Part shown: positions 41,662 to 56,600 of the stretch, piece after piece
Position numbering within the stretch: the first letter of the stretch is position 1
Layout: every line of letters starts with the position of its first letter
Assembly (NCBI RefSeq): GCF_006345805.1
Contig: NC_043018.1
Coordinates: 4,278,001 to 4,342,000 of the forward strand
DNA length: 64,000 nucleotides
Reading direction: 5' to 3'
Source: Octopus sinensis
Lineage: Eukaryota
Notes under the pieces: model-generated
The model's input: only the letters and a program-made list of their open reading frames with translations
The model's database searches: none
Told to the model about the DNA's origin: nothing
Translations under genes and position numbers: made by a program

Positions 41662-44150
41662 CAGTAATTCTCAACTGAGGTCCATATGGCCCTTGGTGGA
41701 TCCACAATATACACAAAATATTTTAATTTTTTAATACAATTCCTAATAATATTTAATTATTAAAATATAATAGCATTTTTTAAGGACCAAATAACTCTGA
41801 GGGCCCTACTGAGTAAAATAGAAATGAAAGAGGGTCCATAAATGAAAAATGATTGAGAAACACTGCTCTATAGTAAAGCTGAGTATGAAAATTAAACATT
41901 GCCAGACAAGGAGACATGTGTGTGTGCAGCCCCCAATACACAAATGGCAGGCTTGTTTCAGTTTCCGTTTGTCAAATCTACATATAAGGCTTTGCTCAGT
42001 CCAGAATTATGCAGAAGACACTTGTCCAAGGTGCCATACAGATGGCAAAAGAATGTTGATTGCTTGTTTATCCACAAAACTAACAATCAAAACAAATAAA
42101 CTAACCAATGATTTATTGTAACGGTATTTGTGAGTGGGTGGGTGGGTGGGGGTGGAATTAGAAATGAAACTAAATAAACTTAAAGAAGCAGTTACCTTTC
42201 TGGCAGCCATCTCCAGAGTTCTTGTAGTTAATCTTAAATACAGGAGTGTCTTGCATTTCAGAATTACTTTTATTCTTCACAATTTTCAGTACTCTGATGG
42301 TATGACAAACAGAGGAAACACAAGAAATGGAAGAATTGGTATGAAAGAAATAATAATTAAAAAAACAACAAAAAAGCAACAAAATAAACAATAAGCAAAA
42401 AATATCAATCAGCACTGTATTCATAGCAAACTTCAATTGGGATATAAGAAAAATAATATGGAAAATGTTTTGTAAAGCACTGGGTTAACCTTTTTCATAC
42501 CAGCCTGTCTATGACTGTTCCTGGATGCATGAAGAATACTTTCTGTTTTAATGTGTTCTAAATTCTATCAAAATTTCATTCCAATTTACATTTCATGTGC
42601 CTCTTTAATCCTTTAGCATTCTGGCCAAAATATTTTACCTGTTTTATGTTCAAACTGGACATCTCTGGCCTGTCACACCTACCCTACAATATCATTCTAA
42701 AAATTAAACACTCACATCATCAAATTCTCAAAGTCACAAGCTAATGCACAATTAATGCAAACCATTGTGAATAAATAAGCATCACATTTTACAGAGTAAT
42801 CTGAATGCTAAAGGATTAACAATAACAAAGTTATTTTGTTAAATTTCCCATTATTTCCAAAATTAATTGTAACAAAGATGGTTTATATCAACAGAAATAT
42901 GGTAACAAAAGGATAAATTGGGGCAGCAATCAAACTGTTTATACTCAGTCAAGAGCGACATATTGTCTGTGAGCAAAATTCCTAAACACAAAACATTTCA
43001 TTACTGCCTTTGTTTCAATAAATATTTTAAAATAATGAAACATTTAGCAATTTTGCCATTTTAAAGCTGGGGTTTGGAGCATAAATTAACATGAGAAATT
43101 TTAATGAAAGGTTATAATTTCAGTCACTTTAAAACTGGAGGTTTGTATCATAAACCGAAAGGATGATCTCAGGTATGCTGGTGTCAAAAATGTTAAGTGA
43201 AGTGTGATAGTTCCAGCTATTTGTTGATATTTCTATAATTAGAATCTAAATGTAAACAAATTTGCTTTCCCATCCGCAAGACTAACCCTTTAGCATTCAG
43301 CTTACCATATCAAATGTAATCCCTATTTATTCATATTGTTTTGAATCAATCATGAATTATCTCCACAGCTTTGAGATGTGATTGCTTTATTTTTAGAATG
43401 TCATCATAGGATAGGTGTGAGAGGCCAGATATGGCTAGTTTGAATGTTAAAGGGTTAAACCATCTAATTTGGATGCTTCAAAGTCAGGGAGTGACTTTAG
43501 TGCAGTGGTAACACAGGTGTCTGGGCTACAGTAGATGTGGGTTCAAATTCCACTGGTGGAATTCCTGCATTTTTTTTCCACCAAAGGGATTTTTAATCCT
43601 TTGTATTATGAGCTGTCATTTGAGAGTGGATCGGTATTCAAGGAACATCATTTATACAAAGTTTATTTGCATATCTTTCAATGCTTCTATATTTATGTTC
43701 TAAAAAGGCAGTGAGCTGGCAGAGTGGTTAGCAGGCCAGGTGAAAAGCTTAGCAGTATTTTGTCTGTCTTTATGTTCTAAGTTCAAATATTGCCAAGGTT
43801 GACTTTGCCCTTCATCCTTTCAGGGTCGATAAATTAAATACCAGTTGCATACTGGAATCGATCTAATTGACTGGTCCCCTTCCCCCAAAATTTTGGGCCT
43901 TATGCCTAGAGTAGAAAAGTATATTCATGTTCTAAACAATAACAAAGACTCTTAATTTAGGCAAAAGGTCAGCAATTATAGATCGAGAGATTTAATTGAT
44001 TCATCGAGCACTGAGGAATGAAAGTCAAAGTTAACCTCAGCAGGATTTGAGCCCAGAAAGTAAAGAGCAGGAACAAATACTGCAAGTCACTTTACTAACA
44101 CTCGAATGATTCTACCAATCCACTGCGTTCATGTTATTATTATTATTATA

Positions 44151-44185
<35 letters not shown>

Positions 44186-46654
44186 TAAGTGCAGAATTTG
44201 TGAAGAATATAAGAGACATCATGACAATATAGCAAGGATTGTCCATTGGACACTTTGCAACAAGTATGGACTTGACAGAGCAAAAAAGTGGTACAAACGT
44301 ATACCCGAAGGCATCATCAAAAATGACAATGCAAAGATCCTACGAGATTTTATGATTCGGTGTGTAGCAATATTGTTTTCTTCATTGCTATCTTCACTGT
44401 TTGAGAAAAATATTAAGAATGATCTCGTTTGAGATTACAAACATCTTTGGCTAGTTTAACTTTGTTGTGTCCACTATTTTGATTGGTTAGCATCTAAGCG
44501 CGGTCTGTCTCTCTACTTATCTCGAGCCAGTGTGTAAACTGACCAATCACGGCTTTCGGAAAGGACTTTTCATTTGAGCCATCTTAACTCTTTAAATAGG
44601 CTGATCATCTCATGATTCACGTCTTTTTAGCTTGAGACCTTTTAAGGTCTTGGTCAGAAACCACACAGAGCTTACTCAACCATGTTCCGGTTCGAAAGGC
44701 AGACGACAACCAAGCAAAACATAATATGAAGACGCTATTGTAAACCAGTGATAGACATAACGCCATCACCAACATCGTCTGCATCTCCGAAGATTTCAAC
44801 TCGTACACAAGATAACTACAGATTCAACTCATGCTGTTAGTGTGAATATCTCACCACGGAAAAACAGTTGCAGTATATATATCTGAAAGAATATCTATAT
44901 CAAGAGAAAAATATGCACAACAAGTGACTCAACTAATCTCAGCTCTGAGACTCAAATCTTGTATAGAACTCATTATCGTGTACTACATGAACTGGTAAAA
45001 TAACTCTAAAGTAACTTCATTTAAACTCAAAATGTTGAGACTTCTCTCATGCTCTGTTGTATTTGCATAAACCTTATTTCTGTACTTTTGTCGCACACAC
45101 GAACACACAGACACAAATATTATAAACATGCATTCATGACACAACACTACGCTAAATATAACACATCACTTTGTACACTGTGAAATAAAATCTATCTAAA
45201 AAATAAAATCTATCTAAAGTAGAACAGTTTTTGGTGTTCCTTTATACATTTACTTTGGCACTGTATATTAAACATGTAATATGGCATATATAACATTATA
45301 TAACATTATGTTATGTTATGTTGGGATGCGGCCAGATGCTGTTGAACAAGAGAAGAAATATGTCACCGAAACTCCTCGCGTACGGTCGTATTCTAACAAG
45401 TGTGACCATGAGATAGAGAATAGGAAACCAGACTTAGTCTTAATTGAGAAAGAAAGCAAATGATGCTGTATCATAGATATAGGATACCCAGCTGACAACA
45501 AGGTATGCGATAAAGAAGAGAGAAAAGTCAACAGATATGACAGGTTAGCTTGGGAGGTTAAGCAGTTGTGGTCACTGAAAACAGTGGCTGTAGTACCAAT
45601 AATTGTCAGAGCCCTGGGAACAGCGAGTAAAAATCTTGAGAAGTACAGGGAACAAATAAGGGCTGCAATAAAAGTGGAGCACTTGCAGAAAACAGCACTG
45701 CTGGAAACTGCTCAAATACTCCAGATGGTGTTAAAAAAATAAGGGGTGTTACCTTTGTGCACAGGTAGTGAACAGCTGACATTGTAGTACATCTCCAGCA
45801 TTAGAAGTTGAGCAAAGACAATAAAATAATAATAATAATCATTTCTACTAAAGGCACAAGGCCTGAAATTTGGTCGTGGGGCCAAGTCAATTATATCGAC
45901 CCCAGTGTTTTACTGGTACTTAAGTTATTGACCCTGAAAGGATGAAAGGTAAAGTCGACCTTGATGGAATTTGATCTCAGAATGTAAAGACGGGTGAAAC
46001 ACCATTAAGCATTTCACCTGGCATGCTAATGATTCTGCCAGCTTGCAGCCTTAATAATAATAATGACGGTAACGATGACGACGATGATGATTAATGCCCT
46101 GATGTAGTCCCAGGCAGTGGCTCACGTAGCTTCTGATCTTAACTGATTGGAAGTGTTATCATGTACATTGTTTTGTCTTGGTATAAAAGATGGGCTACAG
46201 CAAATATTCTGCTCAATACCACAGATTTGCTTGTCAGTTGTTTGACCTTAACCAGTTGAGCATGTCCCTTAGTGGCTGACGATATGTGCATCTCTGATCA
46301 CGAGCAGAAGTAGTGGGGGAGCATCATAGCCATGTGTTGAGATGAATTCTTTTTAGTTTGAATCATCCATCTCTGGAAACAGGGGTGTTTTGTTCAACAT
46401 CCTTAAACAACCCTTATTCAGGGACCTTTTGAGTGGGATGGGCTACTCAACCTGAAGAAAATTCTAACTGGGCCCCACCTGCAAGGTTATGCACTGTTTA
46501 TCTTGATATGAGATCACCATGTTGCACAAATATGGTTGTGATGCATGTGCCTAGTGTACCCTTATCAGACGGGTAGTCATATGTATACTGGGCTTCGTAT
46601 ATTTTACCCCAGTGTCACTTTGATGGCATGCACTGCTCTCTCACTCAATAATTA

Positions 46655-46690
<36 letters not shown>

Positions 46691-49600
46691 GCAACAACAA
46701 CAACAAAACAACATGTAGTAATGAAAAAAAAGTGTTACCTTTTAACAATGGCTTTGCTGTCTGGACTGATGTCATCAATCATCAACCATTTCACTTGTAA
46801 TGAACCTTCAGCGGATCCATCAATCAGCTGATTTCTTTTGATAGTTACACGTCCCATCTGGAACCGACTCAATCCTTGTTTCTGGAAACCCTAGAACCAA
46901 TTGGGAACTGCACTGAAAACCATTCACCAGTGAAGTATTTTTGTTACAAACCCTTATTTCTTCCCCAAACTACTTTTAAAAGAAATAACAAAATATCATT
47001 CAGTCAAAGATTTATCTATATAATCACTACACATCTGCATAAAAGCTTAGCCGTTATTCATGACTGATAATGGCCTGGTAGCACGTACCAAGCTTTCATT
47101 AATTATTTTAGGCCTAATGTAGAAATAAACACAGGTTCCCTTCTCATAGAGTTGTGTTGAAAATGTAATACATATCAGAGAAACACAAACATCAACACTG
47201 CAATGACTCATGAGAAGGATTGATGTATCTCACCTTTGTTGAGGTGAGTCTGTGCCCTTGATTATTCACTACTTAAATGGCATTCATACCTTGATATATA
47301 GGGAACAGTGAATAAAACATTCACAGGTGTTGTGGAAGTTTACTGGGCTGTAGAAAAAATTAGTGTATGCACCCAGCAAGCTTCCATAATATCAGTGAAT
47401 ATTATAATCACTGTTTCCAATATATGAAGGCCAGTTGAAAAGTTCATAGGCTGGGCAAGATATTTTCATGAAACGTGACTGAAAGAATTTTATTTTCAAC
47501 ATAGTCTCCCTTGCAGTGCACATACTTCTTCCATCAGTATTGCAGTGCTCGGATCTCATTGGTGAAGAAGCATTGTCCTGTTGGTCAAAAAAATCATCAA
47601 AAGCAGATATGATGTTATCATCACTGCAATACTGGTTCCCAGCCAAGTGTTTTCTTATCTGGGAAAACAGAGGATAGTGAGATGGGGGCCAAACCAGGAG
47701 AATAAGGATGGTGACCAACCAGTTCAAAGCCACAGTTATGCACAACAGCCACTGAAACCAAAGGTTTGTGTGCTGGAACATTGGCATGATGAAATAAGAC
47801 CCCTTTCATCACTTTTCTTGGGTGTTTGGTCATGATAACTTTCATAACTGCTCAGCAAGTTGGCATAGTACTTTCCATTAATGGTATGGTCCTTTTGAAG
47901 ATAGTAGATAAATACAATGCCTACTGCATCATAAAAAACTGAAGCCATCTTCTTCCCTGCAGATGAAACAATCTAGGTCTTCATTGGAGCAGGTGAGGAG
48001 GGCTGTCTCCACTGCGTGGATTGTCACTTTGCCTCTGTCTCAAAATGATAAACTCAACACTCATCCTGGGTTTAGGAAACATTCAAGAAAACCAGATGGA
48101 ACTGCCTGAAACAATGTCAGAGTTTCCTGTGATGTGATCAGCCAGGTATGCTTTTGATCAAGTGTCAGAAGATGTAGTGCCCACTGAGCAGAAACCTTTG
48201 TCATGGTAAGTTCATTATGCAGAATATTCTCAACTCACTTGGGATGTGCTAATAGTATTGGCTTTTATTAATAGTCAATTGCTTGTTAACCATCACCACA
48301 CGGTGATCGTGATCAATGTTTTCCAAAGTGGTGGCAATTGCAGGATGTCCAGACCTTGGGTCATGTTCGAGACTCCCTCTTCCCTTCCTAAATTCAGCTG
48401 TCTAGTTTTGCTCTGTTGATAAAGTTGGGACATCATTCTCTAATGTAGCAACAATGTCCGCATGAATGTCCTTAGGGGCTAAACCCCTTTTCTGTAGGCA
48501 CTTGATAAGATTATTTTATTGATTTTCAAGAGAAGTTGTTACTAACTACTTTTGAAGTTTTCTTTGGTCAGTCAGGTGTCAGTTTACCTGGAAACAAACA
48601 ATACAGTTTTTCATAAGAAGAGTTGAAATGAATGTATGCAAGATTTCACAGCTCTAGCATCACTCCTTCATAGTCAGCCCATGAACTTTTCAGTCCATCC
48701 TCATATCAAGGTATGACTTTTATTTAAACAGGTAACAATTGAGTGTGCAACATTGATGAGCCTCAAGAAAGGTGAAGCACACCTGTTGTTCTTATGAACT
48801 ACTGCAGGAATGAGGTTCATCTCAACCCAATATACATTGTTGTTTCTAACACAAGTCTATGAAGAGATTTTATCTCAGACAATCCCATGGCATTATGCTG
48901 TCTCACAATACATAAGCAGTTAGTGTGATATATCATCACCATTTAACATCTGTCTTCCATGCTGGCATGGGTTGGACGGTTTGACAGGAACTGGCAAGCC
49001 AAAGGACCGCACCAGGCTCCTACACTGTTTCGGCATGGATTTTACAGCTGGATACCCTTCCTAATGTCAACCACATACATATGGTGGTATATACATACAT
49101 ACACATACACATAAACAACTGTGTGTGTGTGTTTTCATTTCTTTAAATACAATAAATTTCAAAACAACAAATGCTGTTTGGTATTACAAACACGAGATCA
49201 ATAGGGATGATATGATACTGACCAACTCTGTGGACTTCTGTTCTACTAAACAAACAACAATACCATCCATGGTAAAGTTCAAATTGATGGCTGATTTTGG
49301 CATATTCTTTAAGGATTCCTGAGAGCCAGTACTTAATGTACTTGATGCCATCTGGGATGATTCTTTGGGTGGAAAATGGTAACCGGCTTTATGGAAAAAG
49401 AAGAGAGAAATTAAAGTAATTTATTTTCATAATAATAATAGCTGGAGAAAAATATTGGCACTATGATATACAGCTACTGAAACCATATATCAACTACTTT
49501 ACTTTTACTTAGAACACTATTTGTAGTCCAAGATGCATTTGTATCAGGTAAAGGATGGGTTGGTGACTTTGATCATGAGTCTGCGGAATGAGAGCTGATC

Positions 49601-52600
49601 TGAAGTTATCTACCATTACCACTTCTGCATCCTCATCCTCCTCCTTCCGCCACCACCACCACCACCACCACTACATCCACCATTATAACAGCAACTGCTA
49701 CCACTGATAACAACCACAAGTTAACAGTGGAGAATACTTGGCCTTTACCTGTTGGAAATAGCAACTAAATTTTCTGCAATCACATCCTCAACATCTTGAA
49801 AGAGGGGACTTGTCACATAATGTAGTCTTAGGTAAGCACCCAAAAGACAGGCTGGTCATGCCTGGAATGCCTTTTGATATAGGTCTGCTTTAATCATGGT
49901 GGTGGTGGTGAGGGTGGTTATGATGATGATGATGATCATGATGATGAAGGTGATATATATTTTTTAATTCTTTTATATTGATTTCAGTTATTTGACACTG
50001 TTCATGCTGGGGTAGCAACATCTTCTCAGATATACATCACCCCTTCCCCTCGCTCTCTGCGCTTCCTTTATTAACTGAGGCTAATCTGAATCAGCTTCAA
50101 GAAAGATGAAATCTGGATGGGTTTTGAACTCAGAATCTATTTTCTTTGACACTCTACTGATTCGTCTATCCACTTGTCATATGTATCTTTTATCTTTTAC
50201 TTGTTTCAGTCATTGGACTGTGGCCATTCTGGGGCAACACCTTCAAGAATTTTTGTTGAACAAATCAACCCCAGTAGGGTTTTTTTTAAGCCTGTTACTT
50301 ATTCACAAAGCTTTGGTTGGCCCAAAGCTGTAGTAGAAGACACTTGCCAAATGTAGCATGCAGTGAGACTGAACCTGGAACCATGTGGTTGGGTAGCAAG
50401 CACCTTACCACTCAGCTACGTCTACTCTTGTTAGTGTATATATATATATATATATATCAGAAAAAATTTAGATTCAGATGAATTAGGCACCTAAGCTGAG
50501 GCACCAGAATTTAGTATGGTATTATCCATACAGTTTCAAAATAAGGTGATTAAAATCAAAATAAACAACAAGGATATCCAGAGGTAATGCAGTACGATCA
50601 TTTCAAGCAACTCCATTTCATTGAACAATGCAACCATTACATCACTTTAAATGCAGAGCAATCCTCAGCTGCATAAATACAGAGAATTGAATTAAAACAG
50701 ATGGACACATTAGTATAATTTTACCTAAAACCTCCAAGAAGGTAAGGAGATAGACAAAGAACATGATGTCTTCACTTCAGCTTAGAAGCTAATAAGATAT
50801 CAAGAAAAAAGACTTGTTAGAGATCTAGCTTGTCAGTTTTTTTGGGGTCTGTTTCAATTTAGTATTGTTTATCAGATATATCAAAAATCTAAGGCCAATG
50901 AACAAGGAGCAGTGTCTGTTAGGAAAGAGGCTGAGGGAGTTGACAAAAATCATAGTGGGTATAGTCATAAAACTATCAAGATTAATTTGAAGCAATATAA
51001 TGAGATTTGGTAAAGGAAATCTTAAAGCAAGATGTTAACGGTCAATTAAGCCAATGATGATAATACAGGGGAAATTTTATCATGGGTACTATAATCGAAT
51101 ATTTTAAACAATATTGCTATATTGTATAAAGTTAAAATTTTGGGTTATCAAGAAGATTATTAAGAAGAATATTATTACAAAAGGATAAAATTTTTTGAAT
51201 ACTTTTGAGTATATACCAAATTTTACTACAATAGAGGGAGGAAAGAAATGACATAGAAATAGTTTAATATTCATACATATCATATACTTAAACATTAACT
51301 TATTAGATAGTATCTATGAATAGTATTGTTTTAAAACCTATATTATACCTCTTGGTTTATAATTAGTATATAGTTAGCATGTCCTATAACATCAATATTC
51401 CTTTAGTTAATACCAGGTATCAATCATTATAGATACATACTAAATAAGTAAGTAAACCAATTTTTAGTTTAAATACTTGAATTATTATACATCTATATAT
51501 ATAAAACTCAACTTGTGTGTCTGTGTGTTTAACTTCCCAGCACATCTCCTCCTAGCCAACAAATCGTAGAACCACCAAAAATGGGTCACTTAAAGTTTAG
51601 GCAAATGAAAATTGAACTGCGCTATTTCTGTTCCGAAATTCATTTTGCAAGTGCAAAAATCGATAATGTGTTTGTTTAGGCCTTATAGATTATAGATTAA
51701 AGTTTGAGCATTGAAGGAGGTAACTCTAGAAAAATTATCAATGTTAGGGAGTAGCCTCCCTTGGAAGAAATAATGGCTGAGTGATAGAATGACATAAGAT
51801 AGCGAGGGGAATGAGAGTGGTGTGAGAGGATAGGGGAAAGTAAGATATAAAAATGTTTAGTGAAAGGGAAACAGGCAACGAGAAACCATGGAGAATATGA
51901 GAAATACTGATCTAAAAGACTAATTCAACAATGCATTTATTTGATCAACAAAAATTTATGAAACGCTTCTACGTACTTCCTATTGAGAAAATGGAACACA
52001 TAAGCGCAAAAATAGAGGACATTAAATGCTTGATTTTAAAACCAAAATAACTGAATTTTGATTGAACTTCATCCAAGTTTAGCTTAATTCGCGCGTGCAT
52101 AGAACGCACGAGCCGGGCAATACTGCTAGTTTTCTATAAATCTTCTCTACTGATGTTAATAAGGTGTATATACTTCCTCATAATTTTTGTGATTAAGCTA
52201 TTTTATTCCTTTTCAATGGTGCTCTAACTTATTTGATCATTTTATTATTTTATAATAGCCTTTATGAAATAAACCTAATTTTTGTACCCCTAGAAATTCA
52301 TACTTAGCTTATATATAACAATACTGGTATCTTCACAACTTAAAGCACTGCATTACCTCTGGATATCCTGTTGCTTATTTTGATATATATATACACACAC
52401 ACGCATATGCTAAAACATATTTTAATGTAATGTAAAATTGAAAACAAAAAAAAAAAATACTAGTGTAGTCATGTGATATTTACCAACAGGAGACAGTGAT
52501 GGGGCTCCTTCCATGAGGTTTTCATGATAAATACCCAGGATTGATTGGATGTCTTTTTGGATCAGGTGAATCTGAAAGACAAAGTGACTTCAATATTTCA

Positions 52601-53621
52601 ACAACAGTTTCGTTATGTGTAGCTTTACCTATTTCTTTATTACCCACAAGGGGCTAAACACATCACTAGAAGCAGTCATATCTCATCAACAATGTAACAT
52701 GCAATGCTGTTTGATGGCTACATTTTAAAACAATATTATTATGAATACGGCATTAAAAGCAACATTATTTGAGAGTTCTATTTAAATGGAACACTTTGGG
52801 ATGAGGTGGTGAAATATAACTGGGATGTTTAGTCTCACAGAAGCCAGTTGGGACTTTACTGGGCTTCAGATGATACTTCAAGCTAAACGAAATAATAGTC
52901 ATGGCCAATGCTGATGACATGTGAAAGGCACTTGTGCCAGTGACACGTGAGGGGCACCTGTGCTAGTGACACATAAAAGACACCTAGTACACTCTATGGA
53001 GTGGTTGGCACTAGGAAGGGCATCCAGCATAGAAACCAAACGAGAACAGACTGGAGCATGGTACAGCTCTCTGGCTTGGCCAGTTCCAGTCACACTGTCA
53101 ACCTCAAGCCAGCATGGAAAATGGACACTAAGTGAGGATGATGAGGATGATGGCAACTGGATTGCTATGTTAACAAAAAATAACCTGATTGCTACATTGC
53201 AAAGTGATAATATATGACTGCTACATAATAAAGCAAAACTATAATGATTGATGCATTAAAGCAATATTATTTGAGAGCTACATTTAAAAGCAACACTATT
53301 ATGATTGCTACATTATAAAGTGATAATATATGCCAACTACATAAAAAAACCAACTCTGCTATGGTTACAACCCTGTAAAATGACATAATACACCAACACT
53401 GTATGACAACTAGACTATAAAACAGTGACAAATGTTAAATCTAAAAGAACAATAACGAAGTTACCTTCACTAAGTCCAGTTGTCCTGAGATATCATAGTG
53501 GACTTTTGCTGACAGTGGATAAAGGGCATTTTTTATATCAGCTTTCAGGTTTACGGGGTCTAAGATGTCCTGCACTATGTTGTAGACATCATCAGCTAAT
53601 GATAACTCAGCTCTGTAATAA

Positions 53622-53674
<53 letters not shown>

Positions 53675-56600
53675 TAGTGATAAGACAGATAAACGAGAAA
53701 AATAATAACAAGATTTAGGATGCACCACCCAAAATCTTACATAGGAAAGATATATATACAACATGTATTTTGACAAATACAAAAAAAAGTCATAGAACCT
53801 AACAACTATGAAGAAAAAAAAGAAACAACAAAAGCTGTAAAACAAACTGAAATCCAAACTAAAACTGGAACAGCAAAGAACAATGATAAAACAATGGCAA
53901 GAAAAGCCCCTTCATGGCAAATACTGAGTTAAACTAAACAGAAAAGAAATAGACAAAGCAAAATCTCAACAATGGCTGAGGAGTTCAGGACTCAAAGCAG
54001 AGAGTGAAAGGTTTTAAATTGCAGCACAAGACTAAATCCTTCCCACCAGAAATTACCAAAAACATGTAATGAAAAGAAATATAACAAGTAACTGCAGAAT
54101 ATGTGGAAATAAAGAAGAAACAATAAATCGTATTGTCTCTGGCTGCCCATTCCTGGCTAAGAAGGAATATATTCACAGACACGACAGAGTTGGGACCTAC
54201 ATACACTGGAAGCTATGCCAACACTATGGAATAACAACAGAAAAAAGATGGTATAGGCACATGCCAGAAAAAGGTCACAGAAAACGAGAAAGCAACCATA
54301 CTCTGGGATATGCCAATACACACAGATAGAGAAATTAAGGCCAATAGGCCAGATATAGTTGTCAGAGATCATGAAGAAAAAAATGCTTTCTAATTGATAG
54401 AAACAGAGAAACTTCAAGATACAAAGATCTGGAAATAGAGGTAACTCAAATGTGGAGTCTAAAAATAGAAACAATTACCATCATAGTAGGTACATGAGGT
54501 ATGATAAAAAATATTCAGACAAATACATAACAAAACCACCAGGACTAACAAGTATATATAACATACAGAAAATAGCACTACTAGGCACCACTCACATCCT
54601 ACGTTAAACACTTTCAATACAGTGAAAATAAGAGCATCACAACAAACCATAACACATACCCAAAGCACACACAGCTGTGATCGGTAGTGCAGTAAAAGCA
54701 TGTGATGAAAATAAGACTACTGAATGATACTAATAATAATAATAATAATAATGATGAGGCTTTTAATAATGATTAAGTGCCCTGATGCAGTACCAGGCAC
54801 TGGCTTTCATGGCTTCTCATCTTAACTGATTGGAAGTGTTATCATGTACATTGTTTTATCTTGGTATAAAAGATGGGCTACAGCAAATATTCTGCTCAAT
54901 ACCACAGATGAGCTTGTCAGTTGTTTGACATTCACCAGTTGAGCATGTCCCTTAGTCGCTGACAATATGTGCATTTCTGATCACGAGCAGAAGTAGTGGG
55001 GGAGTGTCATAGCCATGTGTTGAGAGGAATTCTTTGGGGTTTGAATAATTCACCTCTGGAAACATGGATGTTTCGTTCATCATCCTTAAACAAACCTTAA
55101 TCAGGGACCTTTTGAGTGGGATGGGTTACTCGACCAGAAGAAAATTCTAACTGGGTCCCACCTGCAAGGTTATGCACTGTTTATATTGATATGAAATCAC
55201 CATGTCATGCACATATGGTTGTGCACCCTTATCAGACGGGTAGTCATGATGGGTATATTGGGCCTCATATATTTGTACCCCAGTGTCACTTTGATGGCAT
55301 GCGCTGCTTTCTAACTCAATAATAATAATAAACCTTGGAAGAATTCCAAACTGGAGAAGTAAAACGGAAAAAGAGATTGAATTGATACAAGGCAAATATC
55401 AATATTAAATGAACTAATCTGTGAAAACGATGTAAGTTCCAGGAAAAGAAGTAAGATGAAGAGAAAATATAGATTCTCACCCAGAGAAGAACTGCTTCCA
55501 ACAAAAGAAACACTGCAACAAAATGTCTAAGCAAAAGCTCAAAGTATATGAAGATTTAAGAAGAGAAACTAGTTTTACATGCAAAATAAGCTGTTTACAT
55601 CCAATGCAAAAACATTCTACAGAGAAACAGGAAAGGAAAAAATAACTGTTGAAAATTCTCCCTCCCATGGAAGAAGTTGGAAACTTTTAGAAAAATATTT
55701 GGAGTGATGGAAAGACATGCAATGGAAATGCAGATTGGATTAGATGCACAGAAATTTACCAGAACTAGCATAGGAAGACATTCTAATAGCAGAACTAATG
55801 GAGGCTCATAAATGGAAAGATAGGATGTCAAATTTCTGGTTCACACCACTTCCATGTGCACACTAAAAGTTAATTCAGCTTTTGAATGAAATTAGGAGAG
55901 ATCCTGAGAAAACACCTGATCAGTTAGCAAGTGGTATTACTTACCTACTTCCAAAGAATAATGAAACGAAATTTACCCCAAACTATTGGCACATAAAATT
56001 TGAACATCCATCCTTGTGGAGAAAACGCACATTTACGGAACAGAACAATATTTTCTCCACTGAATAAAAAGGGTGTTGACACGGCTCATAACTATAATTT
56101 CAGACTTCCCGAAGCACATGTCACTGTGAAATACGAACCTCCAATTATACCACTCTAATGGAGTACTGGCTTAAAATATTAATATCAGCTGTAACATTTC
56201 CCAAGATGACTCACGCTCACTTTTAACCCCATAACATCAGCTGATGTAAATTGACATGTGCTGTGTACTTGCTTTAAATCACAGCCCTATCCGCTGCAGT
56301 TTTGTACCTGTTTGTGTACCGGTTGATATGAAATATCTGCTATCACTCACAGAATTGATAACAGAGACCATTGTGAAAATTTCGAAGAATCTGATAGGTT
56401 TGTTAGACTCTTCATATAAATATTTCCAACTCTGTTTAAGACCATAAAAGAAGCAGTTTTGGTGATTACATTACCATTTCAACTGACTTCCTATGAAATT
56501 TGTACACATTCAGCAAATTCTTCTGGCCCTTCACAGAATTTACAGTCAATTTATGCCAGTTTCATTGAATTTATGGTCCTTGCAGTGATGACAGTTTACA

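Noticed and set aside
43490-43560. tRNA gene
   Set aside because: A- and B-box-like motifs only; no full cloverleaf. Probably a decayed SINE head.
46095-46160. CTGATG(C/T) at the 550-bp element end as a hammerhead; tagtggggga as U1 snRNA similarity
   Set aside because: No GAAA or stems in register; the 10-nt U1 match is coincidental.
50455-50650. Further hammerhead in a PLE-like pLTR (partial inverted match at ~52335-52385)
   Set aside because: Core too degenerate (CAGATGA...GAGG) to call.
52905-52940. CTGATGA-CATGT-GAAA as a hammerhead
   Set aside because: No valid stem II or stem I; it is part of a family-B internal repeat.
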